The position numbers were made by a program, and so were the translations under genes. A stretch of 40,117 nt of DNA from a virus. Lineage: Duplodnaviria > Caudoviricetes. The DNA is taken from the IMG/VR virus record IMGVR_UViG_3300033493_000005, positions 1-40,117 of that record; one strand, 5' to 3'. Shown in pieces: positions 27,670-36,809 of this stretch. The notes under the pieces were generated by a model that saw only the letters and a program-made list of their open reading frames with translations, searched no databases and was not told the origin of the DNA. Every line of letters begins with the position of its first letter. Position 1 is the first letter of the stretch.

Positions 27670-29882
27670 CATTACTGTCGCCATCCGCTGCAACTCCCAT
27701 CATGGTCACTTTCGCTCTCGAATACGCGCGTCGCGGATGGTACGTATTCCCGCTGCATTCGGTGAACCCGGATACCAAGCGGTGTACATGCGGAGATCAA
27801 AAGTGCGAGCGAACGGCAAAGCATCCGCGAACGAAACATGGAGTAGACGATGCAACGATTGACGCGACGAAAATCAGTAAGTGGTGGAAGACCTGGCCAA
27901 ACGCAAACATCGGACTCGCGTGCGGCAAGTCCGGGGTTGTGGTCGTTGACGTGGATCCGCGCAATGGCGGCGATGAAACATTTCAAGAATTGGAAAAAGC
28001 CAACGGTAACCTGCCTAGGACTCCGATGCAGCTCACCGGGGGAGGAGGCGTTCATTACTTACTTAGACGACCCATCTCAAGTGATACCTTTCGAGGTCGC
28101 AAACTCCCCGGCGGAATCGATATCAAAGCAGACGGAGGATACATCGTACTGGCACCATCATCTCATGCGTCCGGGACTCCCTATCGCTGGGACGCCGGAC
28201 GCCACCCCGATGACGAGCCAATCGCCAATATCCCAGAGCGATGGCTTTCAATACTAGTTGTCCCCGCTGGTGGTGAGCAATCTGAAATACTGCCTGAGGA
28301 TGGCCTACTAGGCGCAGCATTCAAGGCGGCAGGGTGGGCAGGGCAATCGATAACGCTCGGTCGACTCAAGGTCCAATGCCCGTGGGAATCGGAGCACACT
28401 TCGGGCAATCGATTCGACGGCTCGACGGTGGTGTTCGCCCCGAACGAAGGCAAAACGACCGGGCACTTTCACTGTGCGCACTCTCATTGTTCGAACCGAA
28501 CGCTCAAAGACGTGCTCACAATCCTTCCGCCCAAGGCTCTCGCGGAAGCCAGGTCCCATTGCAAGCTCCCCGTCAACCACCAGCCGCCGCCCGAGACCGA
28601 GCCGTCGCCGGACACCGGGGAACCTTGGACAGAATCGCTCCATTTGACGTCTGAAGGGAACCTGACGAAGGCCCCGGGCAATGCCGCCCTACTGCTCGCG
28701 AACCTGCCAGATTGGCGCGGAGCCGTCCGTTACGACTCGTTTGCGGACCGGATCCGATGGTGCCGTCCAGCCCCAACGCTCGAGGGGATGCGGGGACCGG
28801 TGATTGGAGAGTGCCTAGCAGAGCACCATGTGACCTATGCGCAAGCCTGGCTGGCGCGGCACAGGCGCGTCGTTTTCTCGGACCAGGCTGTACGTCAGGG
28901 TCTAGAATCAGCGGCCCGCAAATACGCCTACAACCCGCTCCAGGACTACTTGCGGACGTTGCAATGGGACGGAACCAAGCGGATTGATCGGTGGCTCGCT
29001 ACCTACATTGGGGCCGAAGATAACGAGACCAACCGAATCATCGGTAGGTGGTGGTTGATCTCGGCCGTGGCCAGGGCAATGGAGCCGGGCTGCAAGGTGG
29101 ACCACGTTCTAGTCCTCAAGGGCAGTCAAGGGATGAAAAAATCCAGTGCTTTCATTGCATTAGCTGGCGCAGTGTGGGGGTTAGAATCGGTTCCATCGTT
29201 ACGGGACAAGGATGCAATGCAAACACTTAGGGGTAAGTGGATTGCGATCTTCAGTGAGCTAGAGACGATTCGAGGGGCCGCGCTAACCCTGGTGAAGGAC
29301 TACATTACCCGGCAAAACGATACGTTTCGAAAGTCATACGGGCGCGAACCGATTGATGTTCCCCGGGGCTGCGTGTTCGGAGCAACCGCCAATGAGCTCT
29401 ATTGTCTTCCGCAGGATGAAGAGAATCGCCGATGGTGGGCGGTTGCGGTTGGCTTCGTTTTGACTGAGGAAATCGAAAGGGACCGTGACCAACTGTGGGC
29501 TGAAGCATATCACGAGTGGGCTAACGGTGAGCGATGGTGGCCAGAAACCGCCGAGCATATCGAGCTCTTGAAGGAAGCCCAGCGAGAATCTACTGAAGAA
29601 GACGATTGGTTATCTCCGATTACCCGCTGGCTCTCGGAGATATGTGACGACCAGCGCGAGAACGGGGTAAGCACTCGGGAGGTCGCGCACCGGGCAATCT
29701 TGATTCCGTTCGACCGTATCTCGCGGTCCGACAATACCCGAATCGGTCGCATCCTGAGGTCGCTCGGATACGAGCCGCGGCAGCTGAGAGCGTCGGGCGT
29801 TAGGGAGCGCAGGTACTTTCCGAACGTCACTACTGTCACAATGCGTCCCAACCAAAAACCGGATACATGTGACGAATCGTAA
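27666..29882 (+). CDS. Prim-Pol primase/polymerase fused to VapE-like P-loop helicase
   Basis: GWYVFPL, KHP, ANIG, VVVDVD, TGGGGVH, APSSH; C-terminal PGCKVDHVLVLKGSQGMKKS, GATAN, ENRRWW. Confidence 0.9.
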   Translation: MTLLSPSAATPIMVTFALEYARRGWYVFPLHSVNPDTKRCTCGDQKCERTAKHPRTKHGVDDATIDATKISKWWKTWPNANIGLACGKSGVVVVDVDPRNGGDETFQELEKANGNLPRTPMQLTGGGGVHYLLRRPISSDTFRGRKLPGGIDIKADGGYIVLAPSSHASGTPYRWDAGRHPDDEPIANIPERWLSILVVPAGGEQSEILPEDGLLGAAFKAAGWAGQSITLGRLKVQCPWESEHTSGNRFDGSTVVFAPNEGKTTGHFHCAHSHCSNRTLKDVLTILPPKALAEARSHCKLPVNHQPPPETEPSPDTGEPWTESLHLTSEGNLTKAPGNAALLLANLPDWRGAVRYDSFADRIRWCRPAPTLEGMRGPVIGECLAEHHVTYAQAWLARHRRVVFSDQAVRQGLESAARKYAYNPLQDYLRTLQWDGTKRIDRWLATYIGAEDNETNRIIGRWWLISAVARAMEPGCKVDHVLVLKGSQGMKKSSAFIALAGAVWGLESVPSLRDKDAMQTLRGKWIAIFSELETIRGAALTLVKDYITRQNDTFRKSYGREPIDVPRGCVFGATANELYCLPQDEENRRWWAVAVGFVLTEEIERDRDQLWAEAYHEWANGERWWPETAEHIELLKEAQRESTEEDDWLSPITRWLSEICDDQRENGVSTREVAHRAILIPFDRISRSDNTRIGRILRSLGYEPRQLRASGVRERRYFPNVTTVTMRPNQKPDTCDES

Positions 29883-30030
29883 ACCATTGAATTTACTTAT
29901 CTTATGTTCTGCTGTCACTACTGTCACAACCTATATGAGTATAGAGATATATATGATAGTAGTACTAGGAGCACGTACCCATTTTGGGAACTCCTAGGAA
30001 ATCGGTTGTGTCAATGTGACATTGTGACGG
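29826..30030. other. Putative replication origin: convergent GTCAC/GTGAC iterons around an AT-rich core
   Basis: GTCACTACTGTCACAA at 29826 and 29914, AT-rich 29932-29965, inverted TGTGACATTGTGAC at about 30015-30028. Confidence 0.6.
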
Positions 30031-30069
30031 CCCGTCGTTCAAACAACAGCCAAGGAAAACAGAATCAAT

Positions 30070-30558
30070 ATGTCGATATCATTACAGAAACTGCAAGAAT
30101 TATTCAACAGCCGCCTGGATTTATCCAATGAGCTTGCACAGGTCGAACAGCGGATTCGTGAAATGATGGGTGAGTCGGCCCAGACCGAAGCCGCAGGTGC
30201 GCAAGATTCTACGCGCCCCAGGAGAGGTCGCAAACCGCGTGCCTCGACGGTCGATGGGCCAGGGACCGGTGACACGAATCAGGTCGATAGTGCTACCGCA
30301 GTAGAGGCACCTAGCTCGCCCGCTGGCGAGTCTTCGGGTCCCACAGCTGTAGGGGTCGTGCTGCTGTCAGCAATCAATCCTGGCACGCAATACAGCGGCG
30401 CAGAGATATATCAGGCCACCCTGGACTCGAGCTCTCCCGATACCGACCCGACCGAACTGAAAGCAGCCGTGAAATCGGAGATACGTTCGTTGGTAGAATC
30501 AGGTCACCTGGCCAAATCAGGTGAAGGCCCGGCCACCCGGTATACTAAGACGTGCTAA
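30070..30558 (+). CDS. Hypothetical protein, possible C-terminal winged helix
   Basis: N-terminal coiled coil, RRGRKPR, C-terminal LVESGHL.KSGEGPATRY. Confidence 0.6.
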   Translation: MSISLQKLQELFNSRLDLSNELAQVEQRIREMMGESAQTEAAGAQDSTRPRRGRKPRASTVDGPGTGDTNQVDSATAVEAPSSPAGESSGPTAVGVVLLSAINPGTQYSGAEIYQATLDSSSPDTDPTELKAAVKSEIRSLVESGHLAKSGEGPATRYTKTC

Positions 30559-30567
30559 TCTAAGGGT

Positions 30568-30591
30568 GGGGCCCGGGTAATTCTGGGCCCC
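30568..30591 (+). terminator. GC-rich hairpin after 30558
   Basis: GGGGCCCGGG-TAAT-TCTGGGCCCC; no clear U-tract. Confidence 0.45.
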
Positions 30592-30601
30592 GCAATTACC
30601 A

Positions 30602-30781
30602 ATGGCAATTCGAGACGATATCGAAAAGTGCTTGGTTATTACCAGAATGTACCACCCAGATGGATATTTCTTGAGTCAAGAGGACTCCGATGAAATCAGG
30701 AGATATCGCGACCCTAAGGCCCCATTGGTATCTGGATTGTCCGATCATGTATTGGTCCAGATGGGAATCAAAACCGAATGA
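30602..30781 (+). CDS. Hypothetical 59-aa protein (absent from the ORF track)
   Basis: Hand-translated MAIRDDIEKC...MGIKTE; ATGA overlap with 30778. Confidence 0.5.
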   Translation: MAIRDDIEKCLVITRMYHPDGYFLSQEDSDEIRRYRDPKAPLVSGLSDHVLVQMGIKTE

Positions 30782-30978
30782 ACAACTCACAATTAGCCTT
30801 CGAACTACTGAGAATTCACCTGGGAAAACATGACGTTCCGCCAGATGTTGAAAGCCTTAGGTCAGCTATTGATTCGGGGCTTGTTGTGTGTAACGGGATG
30901 CTGCCATCGCTTACCTACGCTGGAATTGCGGCTATAGACAGAATCACTGTGGGATTGAATGAGACGGTGGTATCATGA
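30778..30978 (+). CDS. Hypothetical protein
   Basis: ATGA-coupled chain. Confidence 0.5.
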   Translation: MNNSQLAFELLRIHLGKHDVPPDVESLRSAIDSGLVVCNGMLPSLTYAGIAAIDRITVGLNETVVS

Positions 30979-31067
30979 GGACGCGAGTTACAGAAATCCA
31001 ATGGCACATTCGATTGCGTATAATGGTTGGTGGGTGGCTGATCGAGTTGGGGGAAAGGATTTACTGA
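30975..31067 (+). CDS. Hypothetical 30-aa protein
   Basis: ATGA start overlap and TGATG stop overlap link the flanking ORFs. Confidence 0.35.
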   Translation: MRTRVTEIQWHIRLRIMVGGWLIELGERIY

Positions 31068-31288
31068 TGAACCCACGGCAACGACGGATAATTATCGCTA
31101 GAGTGCTGGATCCGAAATATGAGCATCCAAAATCGATGCGGTGGGAGATCAGAGTCAAGCGCATTTATAAGCGAATCTATCCCGATGGAATCGAGGCGCT
31201 GGTACTTAGTCCAAGTCCGATATTGGGGTTGGTGAAACGTGACAATCCTGGCGACTTATTGTTTTTGAGAGGCGATTATGGTGGCTAG
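31067..31288 (+). CDS. Small protein containing a copy of the major capsid N-terminal segment
   Basis: AAGGA RBS; IYKRIYPDGIEALVLSPSPILGLVKRD versus MCP IYNRLYPDGIESLILGTSPTLGLVGKD. Confidence 0.7.
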   Translation: MNPRQRRIIIARVLDPKYEHPKSMRWEIRVKRIYKRIYPDGIEALVLSPSPILGLVKRDNPGDLLFLRGDYGG

Positions 31289-31877
31289 AGACGCCCAAAC
31301 CACTACTCCCTCGCGCCCGCGAGCTCGATCAATAGAGATTGATGCCGTGGCTTCCCCAGCTCACGTATGGGAGGTAGTAATCCCTCCTTATGCAGCATCG
31401 AAACCGAAGTCGCGCGGTGATGCTGTCAAAGCAATCGCCAGAATGATGGCAGAGGGCGAATGGCGCACCGGGGTTTCGGCGCGGCTGCTTTCTCCCCGCT
31501 GGAAGATGACGGTTGGAAGCATCCAGAACGTGTCGGCGGAAGCGTCTAGGATGGTCAAGTGCGTCGTCGACCCTAGTCTGCTGCTTCGCACGGTGTCAGA
31601 GTCAATCGAACGACTCATGGAGAACGGTTACGCCGCTCGCGAAGACGACAACATCAACGGGTCTACCGTTGCATTTACCAAAGCCGCTGAGCTTTGCCTC
31701 ACGCTCGCAAAGGACGCAAACCCATCAGACGATCGCTCGCAAGAGGATGTTCACCGGGCACTTGTTGCCGCTGGTTGGACCCCGCCGCCAACATTACTCG
31801 GACTGCCAGCGCCGTCTGTGATGCTACCGGCAGAACGCACTGCGAAGGAAGCAAATGATGACGACGACGATACCTAG
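31278..31877 (+). CDS. Putative terminase small subunit
   Basis: Position near terL; HTH-like then helical region; inference only. Confidence 0.4.
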   Translation: MVARDAQTTTPSRPRARSIEIDAVASPAHVWEVVIPPYAASKPKSRGDAVKAIARMMAEGEWRTGVSARLLSPRWKMTVGSIQNVSAEASRMVKCVVDPSLLLRTVSESIERLMENGYAAREDDNINGSTVAFTKAAELCLTLAKDANPSDDRSQEDVHRALVAAGWTPPPTLLGLPAPSVMLPAERTAKEANDDDDDT

Positions 31878-31976
31878 AAATACAACCATGAGGCGAAGCA
31901 TAGCTCGCAATTGGTCAGCTGTCGAAACCGATTGGTTGCGATGGTTGACGCTTTACGTCCACTTGAGGATCATAGG

Positions 31977-32306
31977 ATGAAGACTTTCAAAGCAATTTCG
32001 GTAAGGTTGTCTGAATGCATTCATGGCGACGGAGCCCGGACATACGAGCGAGGAAAGGTTGGGGTCCTGCTTGTAATCCCGGAATCAAAGCAAGCTATTG
32101 TGTCGATGAAAAACGGGCGTGCTTTCGTCGCTGGCTATGAGAGTGCTGAGCTTGCCGAAGGTGAACTCGACAGATTGCTCGAAGTACCATGGTGCGATAA
32201 GTGCGGACAGACGTTCGAGACTGGGCAAGCGCTTGGATCGCACAAGGCGTTCGTGCATGCTGCGGAGAAAATCAATCCTCTGCAGGCGAAGCCGATCAAG
32301 CGCTAG
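31977..32306 (+). CDS. Protein with C-terminal C2H2 zinc finger
   Basis: CDKCGQTFETGQALGSHKAFVH; GAGGA RBS before ATG 31977. Confidence 0.65.
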   Translation: MKTFKAISVRLSECIHGDGARTYERGKVGVLLVIPESKQAIVSMKNGRAFVAGYESAELAEGELDRLLEVPWCDKCGQTFETGQALGSHKAFVHAAEKINPLQAKPIKR

Positions 32307-33751
32307 CGATACCATTCAGGCAATCGCATCCCGAGCTTATTCGACTGCCTTAGGTTCTGGTTCCTCGCCGTGACCAACTTCAGCTCAATGTCATCCATTC
32401 CGGCGATCGTTTCGTCTTTGGACTCGTGCGAATAGTGGTGAGCCCTGCGCCAGTCGTATAGCCACGCGTCGCACGAGTGGTTTCGCATGCCGGGCTTTTC
32501 TTCTTTCTGTTGCGCATCCTTCCAGAGCAATGCTTTCGATTGCTCGTCAAGCGTGTCGCATGCTCCGTCAACGATGACAGCCATTCCGTTTGCGTAAGCG
32601 CCGTCAAGCAGCTTGATATAGCCGGCTTTATCGTTCTTTTCTGCGTTGATGATCGGAATTTGAAACCACTTGCGCATTTCGTTTAGATATCCCTTGCCCA
32701 ACGCTCCGTGGTCACCGACGATGAATTCGTAATGGTCGCGAGAGTCTAGTAGCTTTATCTGGTTTGCGAGGTCTCGCGGAGTATCGAGTCCGGTTGGTTC
32801 ACTTGTCCATTCGCAGAATGTTTCTGGCAAGTCAGGGCACCAAGCGGCACAGGCTAACGCACAGTTGTTCGACGCTCCGATGTCGACTGATAGACCGCGC
32901 GACCATTGGTGTCCTTCTGGCAACCGCGGAACGCGTCTCGCTTTCTCATAGTTCGGGTAGCATCGGCCGTCGGTGTCTTGGATCCAGATGCCATCCTCCC
33001 ATTGCATGCGAGTGATCGGTGGCAGCTCAGCAAGCGATCGTTGGTACTCTTCCCAGATACATCCCGGATTGTCTTTGGGATGCGCAGGGAAGAAAACTCG
33101 GTAGTCACCTTCAGCGGTATCAATGAACTTCGCTGGCGAGCCCTCAGGAAAGCGATCGGTTTCCTCGATGCCATAGCGCTTGCGAAGAAAGTCATGCGCT
33201 GGTCCACCGGGGTTAGTTCCGATGCGAAAACGAAGCGGCAACGACTTTGGGAAGTCTCGAGTTCTTCGAAGTCGTCCGAACATTTTGCGAATGTGATCGG
33301 GCTCGAATTCGGAGCCCTCCTCGATTGCAATGTACTGAAACTCACTCGACTTGTATTGACCGAAATCATCATCGCAATCGAAGTAGCCAAAGCAGATCGA
33401 TGCTCCGCTAGGAAAAACGAACGAGGAACTCTCGTCGTGCCATCGAGCTGGAGAATTCAAGAACCATGAGCGAGCACGATGCAGCAGAGCCCCAGGCTTC
33501 GTGAGTTCCTTATATGTGCGCCGTAGAATCAGTGCGGAGTACGTCGGAACCGATATCCCTTGGAGCGCTCCCATTAGCAAGACGTCGGACTTGCCGCAGT
33601 TCGCGCGGCCGCCGTACATCGCCTCAAGGACTCCAAGCGAAAGAAATTCGCGCTGCCTAGGTGATGGAGTATGCGGGCAATATAGGGACAATTTCTCGTT
33701 GCTGGCACCTGAGGGTAGCCTTAGGGTTTTGCTTTTCATGGATTGGTTCAT
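32303..33751 (-). CDS. terL: Terminase large subunit
   Basis: PSPRQ, YGGRANCGKS (Walker A), ILRRT, IAIEE (Walker B), GTNPGG, SVDIG and NHSCDAWLY nuclease motifs. Confidence 0.88.
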   Translation of the reverse strand: MNQSMKSKTLRLPSGASNEKLSLYCPHTPSPRQREFLSLGVLEAMYGGRANCGKSDVLLMGALQGISVPTYSALILRRTYKELTKPGALLHRARSWFLNSPARWHDESSSFVFPSGASICFGYFDCDDDFGQYKSSEFQYIAIEEGSEFEPDHIRKMFGRLRRTRDFPKSLPLRFRIGTNPGGPAHDFLRKRYGIEETDRFPEGSPAKFIDTAEGDYRVFFPAHPKDNPGCIWEEYQRSLAELPPITRMQWEDGIWIQDTDGRCYPNYEKARRVPRLPEGHQWSRGLSVDIGASNNCALACAAWCPDLPETFCEWTSEPTGLDTPRDLANQIKLLDSRDHYEFIVGDHGALGKGYLNEMRKWFQIPIINAEKNDKAGYIKLLDGAYANGMAVIVDGACDTLDEQSKALLWKDAQQKEEKPGMRNHSCDAWLYDWRRAHHYSHESKDETIAGMDDIELKLVTARNQNLRQSNKLGMRLPEWYR

Positions 33752-33763
33752 GTTTCGAACAGC

Positions 33764-34018
33764 ATGTCAGCTAATGACCTAGGAGACCAATCGGAATGTT
33801 CGTCCAGTAAGGCCCTAGCCGATGTACTCGATGTACTTGAGCCATACATGGCTCGCGTCACTCGCATTGACGTAACCGAGTCGAGAGTGTCCATCGATAT
33901 CGCTCCATTGTGGCACGATGAGAAGGGAAACACGATTGACTCGAGCTCGAAGCCTGAACGAGTCGAGACACTGCGACAACACCTGCCAGGGGCCGTGTTC
34001 CCGACGAGGCCCAAATGA
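33764..34018 (+). CDS. Hypothetical protein upstream of portal
   Basis: ATGA-coupled to the portal gene. Confidence 0.55.
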   Translation: MSANDLGDQSECSSSKALADVLDVLEPYMARVTRIDVTESRVSIDIAPLWHDEKGNTIDSSSKPERVETLRQHLPGAVFPTRPK

Positions 34019-35931
34019 TTCTAGATACCGTATGGCACGAGGATGCTGAGGCTCGCGAGACTTCGGATGAATTTCTAAAGTGCTTTGATGCGTTGAAAGA
34101 ACAGCAGTCACTGCGTGTTCAGTTCGATCGGTTCTGGTGCTCGCTCTATTACGATCGGGCTTACCAGGGTTTCTGTGATGGTCGCGACTGGGGTGACATC
34201 TTCACCGAACTGCTGGAGCCCAATTCTGGGCGACTCAACGAGAACGTAATTCTCCGAATCGTCGCTACGCTCGCAGCTCGATTTGCAAAGCAGAAGTCAA
34301 AGCCGCAGTGCCTAACGACGCTCGGCGACTGGGCCCTGCAACGGCGTGCTGATCGTTACTCGAGACTATTCGAAGGTGCGATGCACGAGATAAAAGTTTA
34401 CGAGCTGCAACGCCAGTCAGACCTGACTGACATCATTTGTGGAACCGGAGCAATCTACTGCACGAGCCGCAAGTCTAAGCTCATAGGTCAAGCGGTTCCA
34501 TGTTGGGAGCTTTATACCGAGATTGCCGACTCGCGCCGGATGATCCCGAATCGAATCTATTGGCGACGCATTCTTGGGCGTCGTCGATTGATGAAGCTAT
34601 ATCCGGAGCGCGCCAAAGAAATAGAAGGTGCACAGTCGGTAGAGACTCGGGAGGCCTTCGATGCATTCGGGGCTTATGATGTCGACGTCGTTGAAGTCGT
34701 GACCGGTTGGAGTTTGCCGACTGACGAGGACTCTGATGACGGTCGAGTAATGACCGCTATTCGCGGAGTAGTTCTCGACGATGCAGAGTGGAATCGTCCT
34801 AGGCTTCCTTTTGCTTTTTCTCGCTACATGCTCCCGCCTGACGGCATGTGGGGGATCGGTGTTGTTTCCGGTTTAGTTGGCGCGCAAGCGGAGCTCAACC
34901 GGAGCCTGGCTAATCGGCAGACTGCGCTTGAAATGTGCTCCGCCCCGTTCATCGCGGTTGAGCGTGGATCGCAAATCGTCGACTCACACATGAGCGACCA
35001 GATCGGTCGTATCGTCGAGTATACGGGAACGATGCCCAGTGTGGTTGCCCCCGGTACTCTGCATCCCGAACAGATGCAGCATACTGACCGTGTACGTGGC
35101 TCAATGTTCTCAGCTTCGGGGCTGTCGGAGCTCGCTGCTACTTCTCTCAAGCCGGCGGGGCTCGACTCTGGTAAAGCCCTGCGCGTTTACGCTGACATGA
35201 TGGACGATGCATTTCACGACGCGATGCTCCGTCGTGATCAGCAGATTCTAGATCTTGCTGAAATCATTCTCGACGAAATCGAATCGATCGCAGAAGACAC
35301 CGGCAGCTACAAGACTAAGTACGTCGGGCCGTTTGGGATCGAGAAGATCGAATATTCAGACATCTGCATCGATCGCGACTCGATGTACCTCAAGGTACTT
35401 TCAACATCTTCGCTTTCATCGACGATTGCCGGTCGTTTAGAAGACGTGGTGAGTATGCAAGAGGCAGGCGTTGAGCTGTCACCAGACGAACGCGAACACT
35501 TGCTGAACATTCCGGATTTGAGCGAGTCAAGCGAACGACGCAACTCGATGCCTAATTTGCTGCGCCAGCTCGTCGAAGAAGAAATGCTCGGCGAGGGCAA
35601 ATGGACAACCCCCGAGCCCCGGTGGAATTTGCAGAAGGCACTAGATATCGTCTCGCAAACGATTCTCATGGCCCAGATTCGGAAGGCGCCAGCTGATAGA
35701 ATCGATATGTTGCGCAAGTTTGAAGTCGAGTGCATGCGGCTTGACGCGCTGGCAAAGTCTGCGGTCTCCGTCTCTCAGCCACCACCAGAACCACAGGCAG
35801 CAGCAATGCCGCCAGCAGTGGCCCCAGAAATGGGTCCAGAACAAGCGCCTGTCCCAGTGGAGGGACAGAGCCCCATCGTAGGCGGGGAACAGCTTACAGG
35901 GCCCGATATGGGCCAGGGAATGATGCAATGA
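34015..35931 (+). CDS. Portal protein
   Basis: 638 aa; ..RLPF.F......GMWGIG....L...Q.ELN, SGKA pattern; synteny before scaffold and capsid. Confidence 0.8.
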   Translation: MILDTVWHEDAEARETSDEFLKCFDALKEQQSLRVQFDRFWCSLYYDRAYQGFCDGRDWGDIFTELLEPNSGRLNENVILRIVATLAARFAKQKSKPQCLTTLGDWALQRRADRYSRLFEGAMHEIKVYELQRQSDLTDIICGTGAIYCTSRKSKLIGQAVPCWELYTEIADSRRMIPNRIYWRRILGRRRLMKLYPERAKEIEGAQSVETREAFDAFGAYDVDVVEVVTGWSLPTDEDSDDGRVMTAIRGVVLDDAEWNRPRLPFAFSRYMLPPDGMWGIGVVSGLVGAQAELNRSLANRQTALEMCSAPFIAVERGSQIVDSHMSDQIGRIVEYTGTMPSVVAPGTLHPEQMQHTDRVRGSMFSASGLSELAATSLKPAGLDSGKALRVYADMMDDAFHDAMLRRDQQILDLAEIILDEIESIAEDTGSYKTKYVGPFGIEKIEYSDICIDRDSMYLKVLSTSSLSSTIAGRLEDVVSMQEAGVELSPDEREHLLNIPDLSESSERRNSMPNLLRQLVEEEMLGEGKWTTPEPRWNLQKALDIVSQTILMAQIRKAPADRIDMLRKFEVECMRLDALAKSAVSVSQPPPEPQAAAMPPAVAPEMGPEQAPVPVEGQSPIVGGEQLTGPDMGQGMMQ

Positions 35932-36800
35932 GCGAAATCGCAACCACTGGAAATACAGTTGAAGCAGTAGACGGCGAAAGTGCCGCGATTGAATTCGCAC
36001 AGGGTGAGCAAGAGACGGAGACCCCGGCAGTAGAAGAAAAGAAACCGGAGCCCGTCGTTGAGACTAAAACACCCGAGACGATTCTTGCGGAAGCTGCGGC
36101 AGAAAAGAAAGCCGCTTCCGAGCGGCTCGAGAAGGTGAATTCGCAGATTGCGTCGTTCGAGCGACAGAAGTCCAAGTTCGCTGAGCGTGAAGCGCGTCTC
36201 ATCGAACGTGAGAAGGCAGTGGAATCACTTTCATCGGTGTCTGACATTACCGCGCACTTGGCCAAGCTGCGCGGGGTCACTGCTGATGAAATCTGGCAAG
36301 AGTGGGCTGAGGAGATCAAGGGCGGCGGTAAGCCTTCCGAAGCTACGATTGCCAAGCGGGAGCGCGACAAGTTGCGTCGCGAACTCGAAGAGTCGAAGGA
36401 ACTCGCAACCAAGCGCGAGCAGGAACAATCGCAGGCAGTTGTCAGTCAATGGGGAACTGAGATGGATGGCATTCTGGCAGCAGAAACATTCAAGACCTCA
36501 TACCCTCGACTGGCAGCGATCCCTAGCGTGATTCTCGTTGACGCTTTGGTTTCGAAGACGAAAGAATTTCAAGCAGAACATTCCGGTAAGCTGCCTCAGC
36601 ACGCCGATTTACTCGCGTGGCTGGAGTCGCAGTGTCCCGAGGCCGAGCCGCCAAAGCCGGTAGTTACAACGACTGAAGCGAAAGCTAAAACCAAACCACG
36701 GATCCCCAACGATAGTGACGCTTCCGCGTCCATCGGTGCGCGGAACCTATCGGAAGCAGAACGAGAAGAGCTGGCAATCGAATACGCAAGCTCTCTCTAA
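35928..36800 (+). CDS. Capsid scaffolding protein
   Basis: Acidic, highly helical; between portal and MCP. Confidence 0.65.
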   Translation: MSEIATTGNTVEAVDGESAAIEFAQGEQETETPAVEEKKPEPVVETKTPETILAEAAAEKKAASERLEKVNSQIASFERQKSKFAEREARLIEREKAVESLSSVSDITAHLAKLRGVTADEIWQEWAEEIKGGGKPSEATIAKRERDKLRRELEESKELATKREQEQSQAVVSQWGTEMDGILAAETFKTSYPRLAAIPSVILVDALVSKTKEFQAEHSGKLPQHADLLAWLESQCPEAEPPKPVVTTTEAKAKTKPRIPNDSDASASIGARNLSEAEREELAIEYASSL

Positions 36801-36809
36801 GGAGAAGTC

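Noticed and set aside
31002-31017. sigma54 late promoter TGGCACATTCGATTGC
   Set aside because: GG-to-GC spacing is 11 nt, not the required 10
32290-33770. Invertase-type inverted repeats flanking terL
   Set aside because: Junction sequences GATCAAGCG|CTAG and CAT|GTTTCGAAC are not reverse complements; no recombinase gene found
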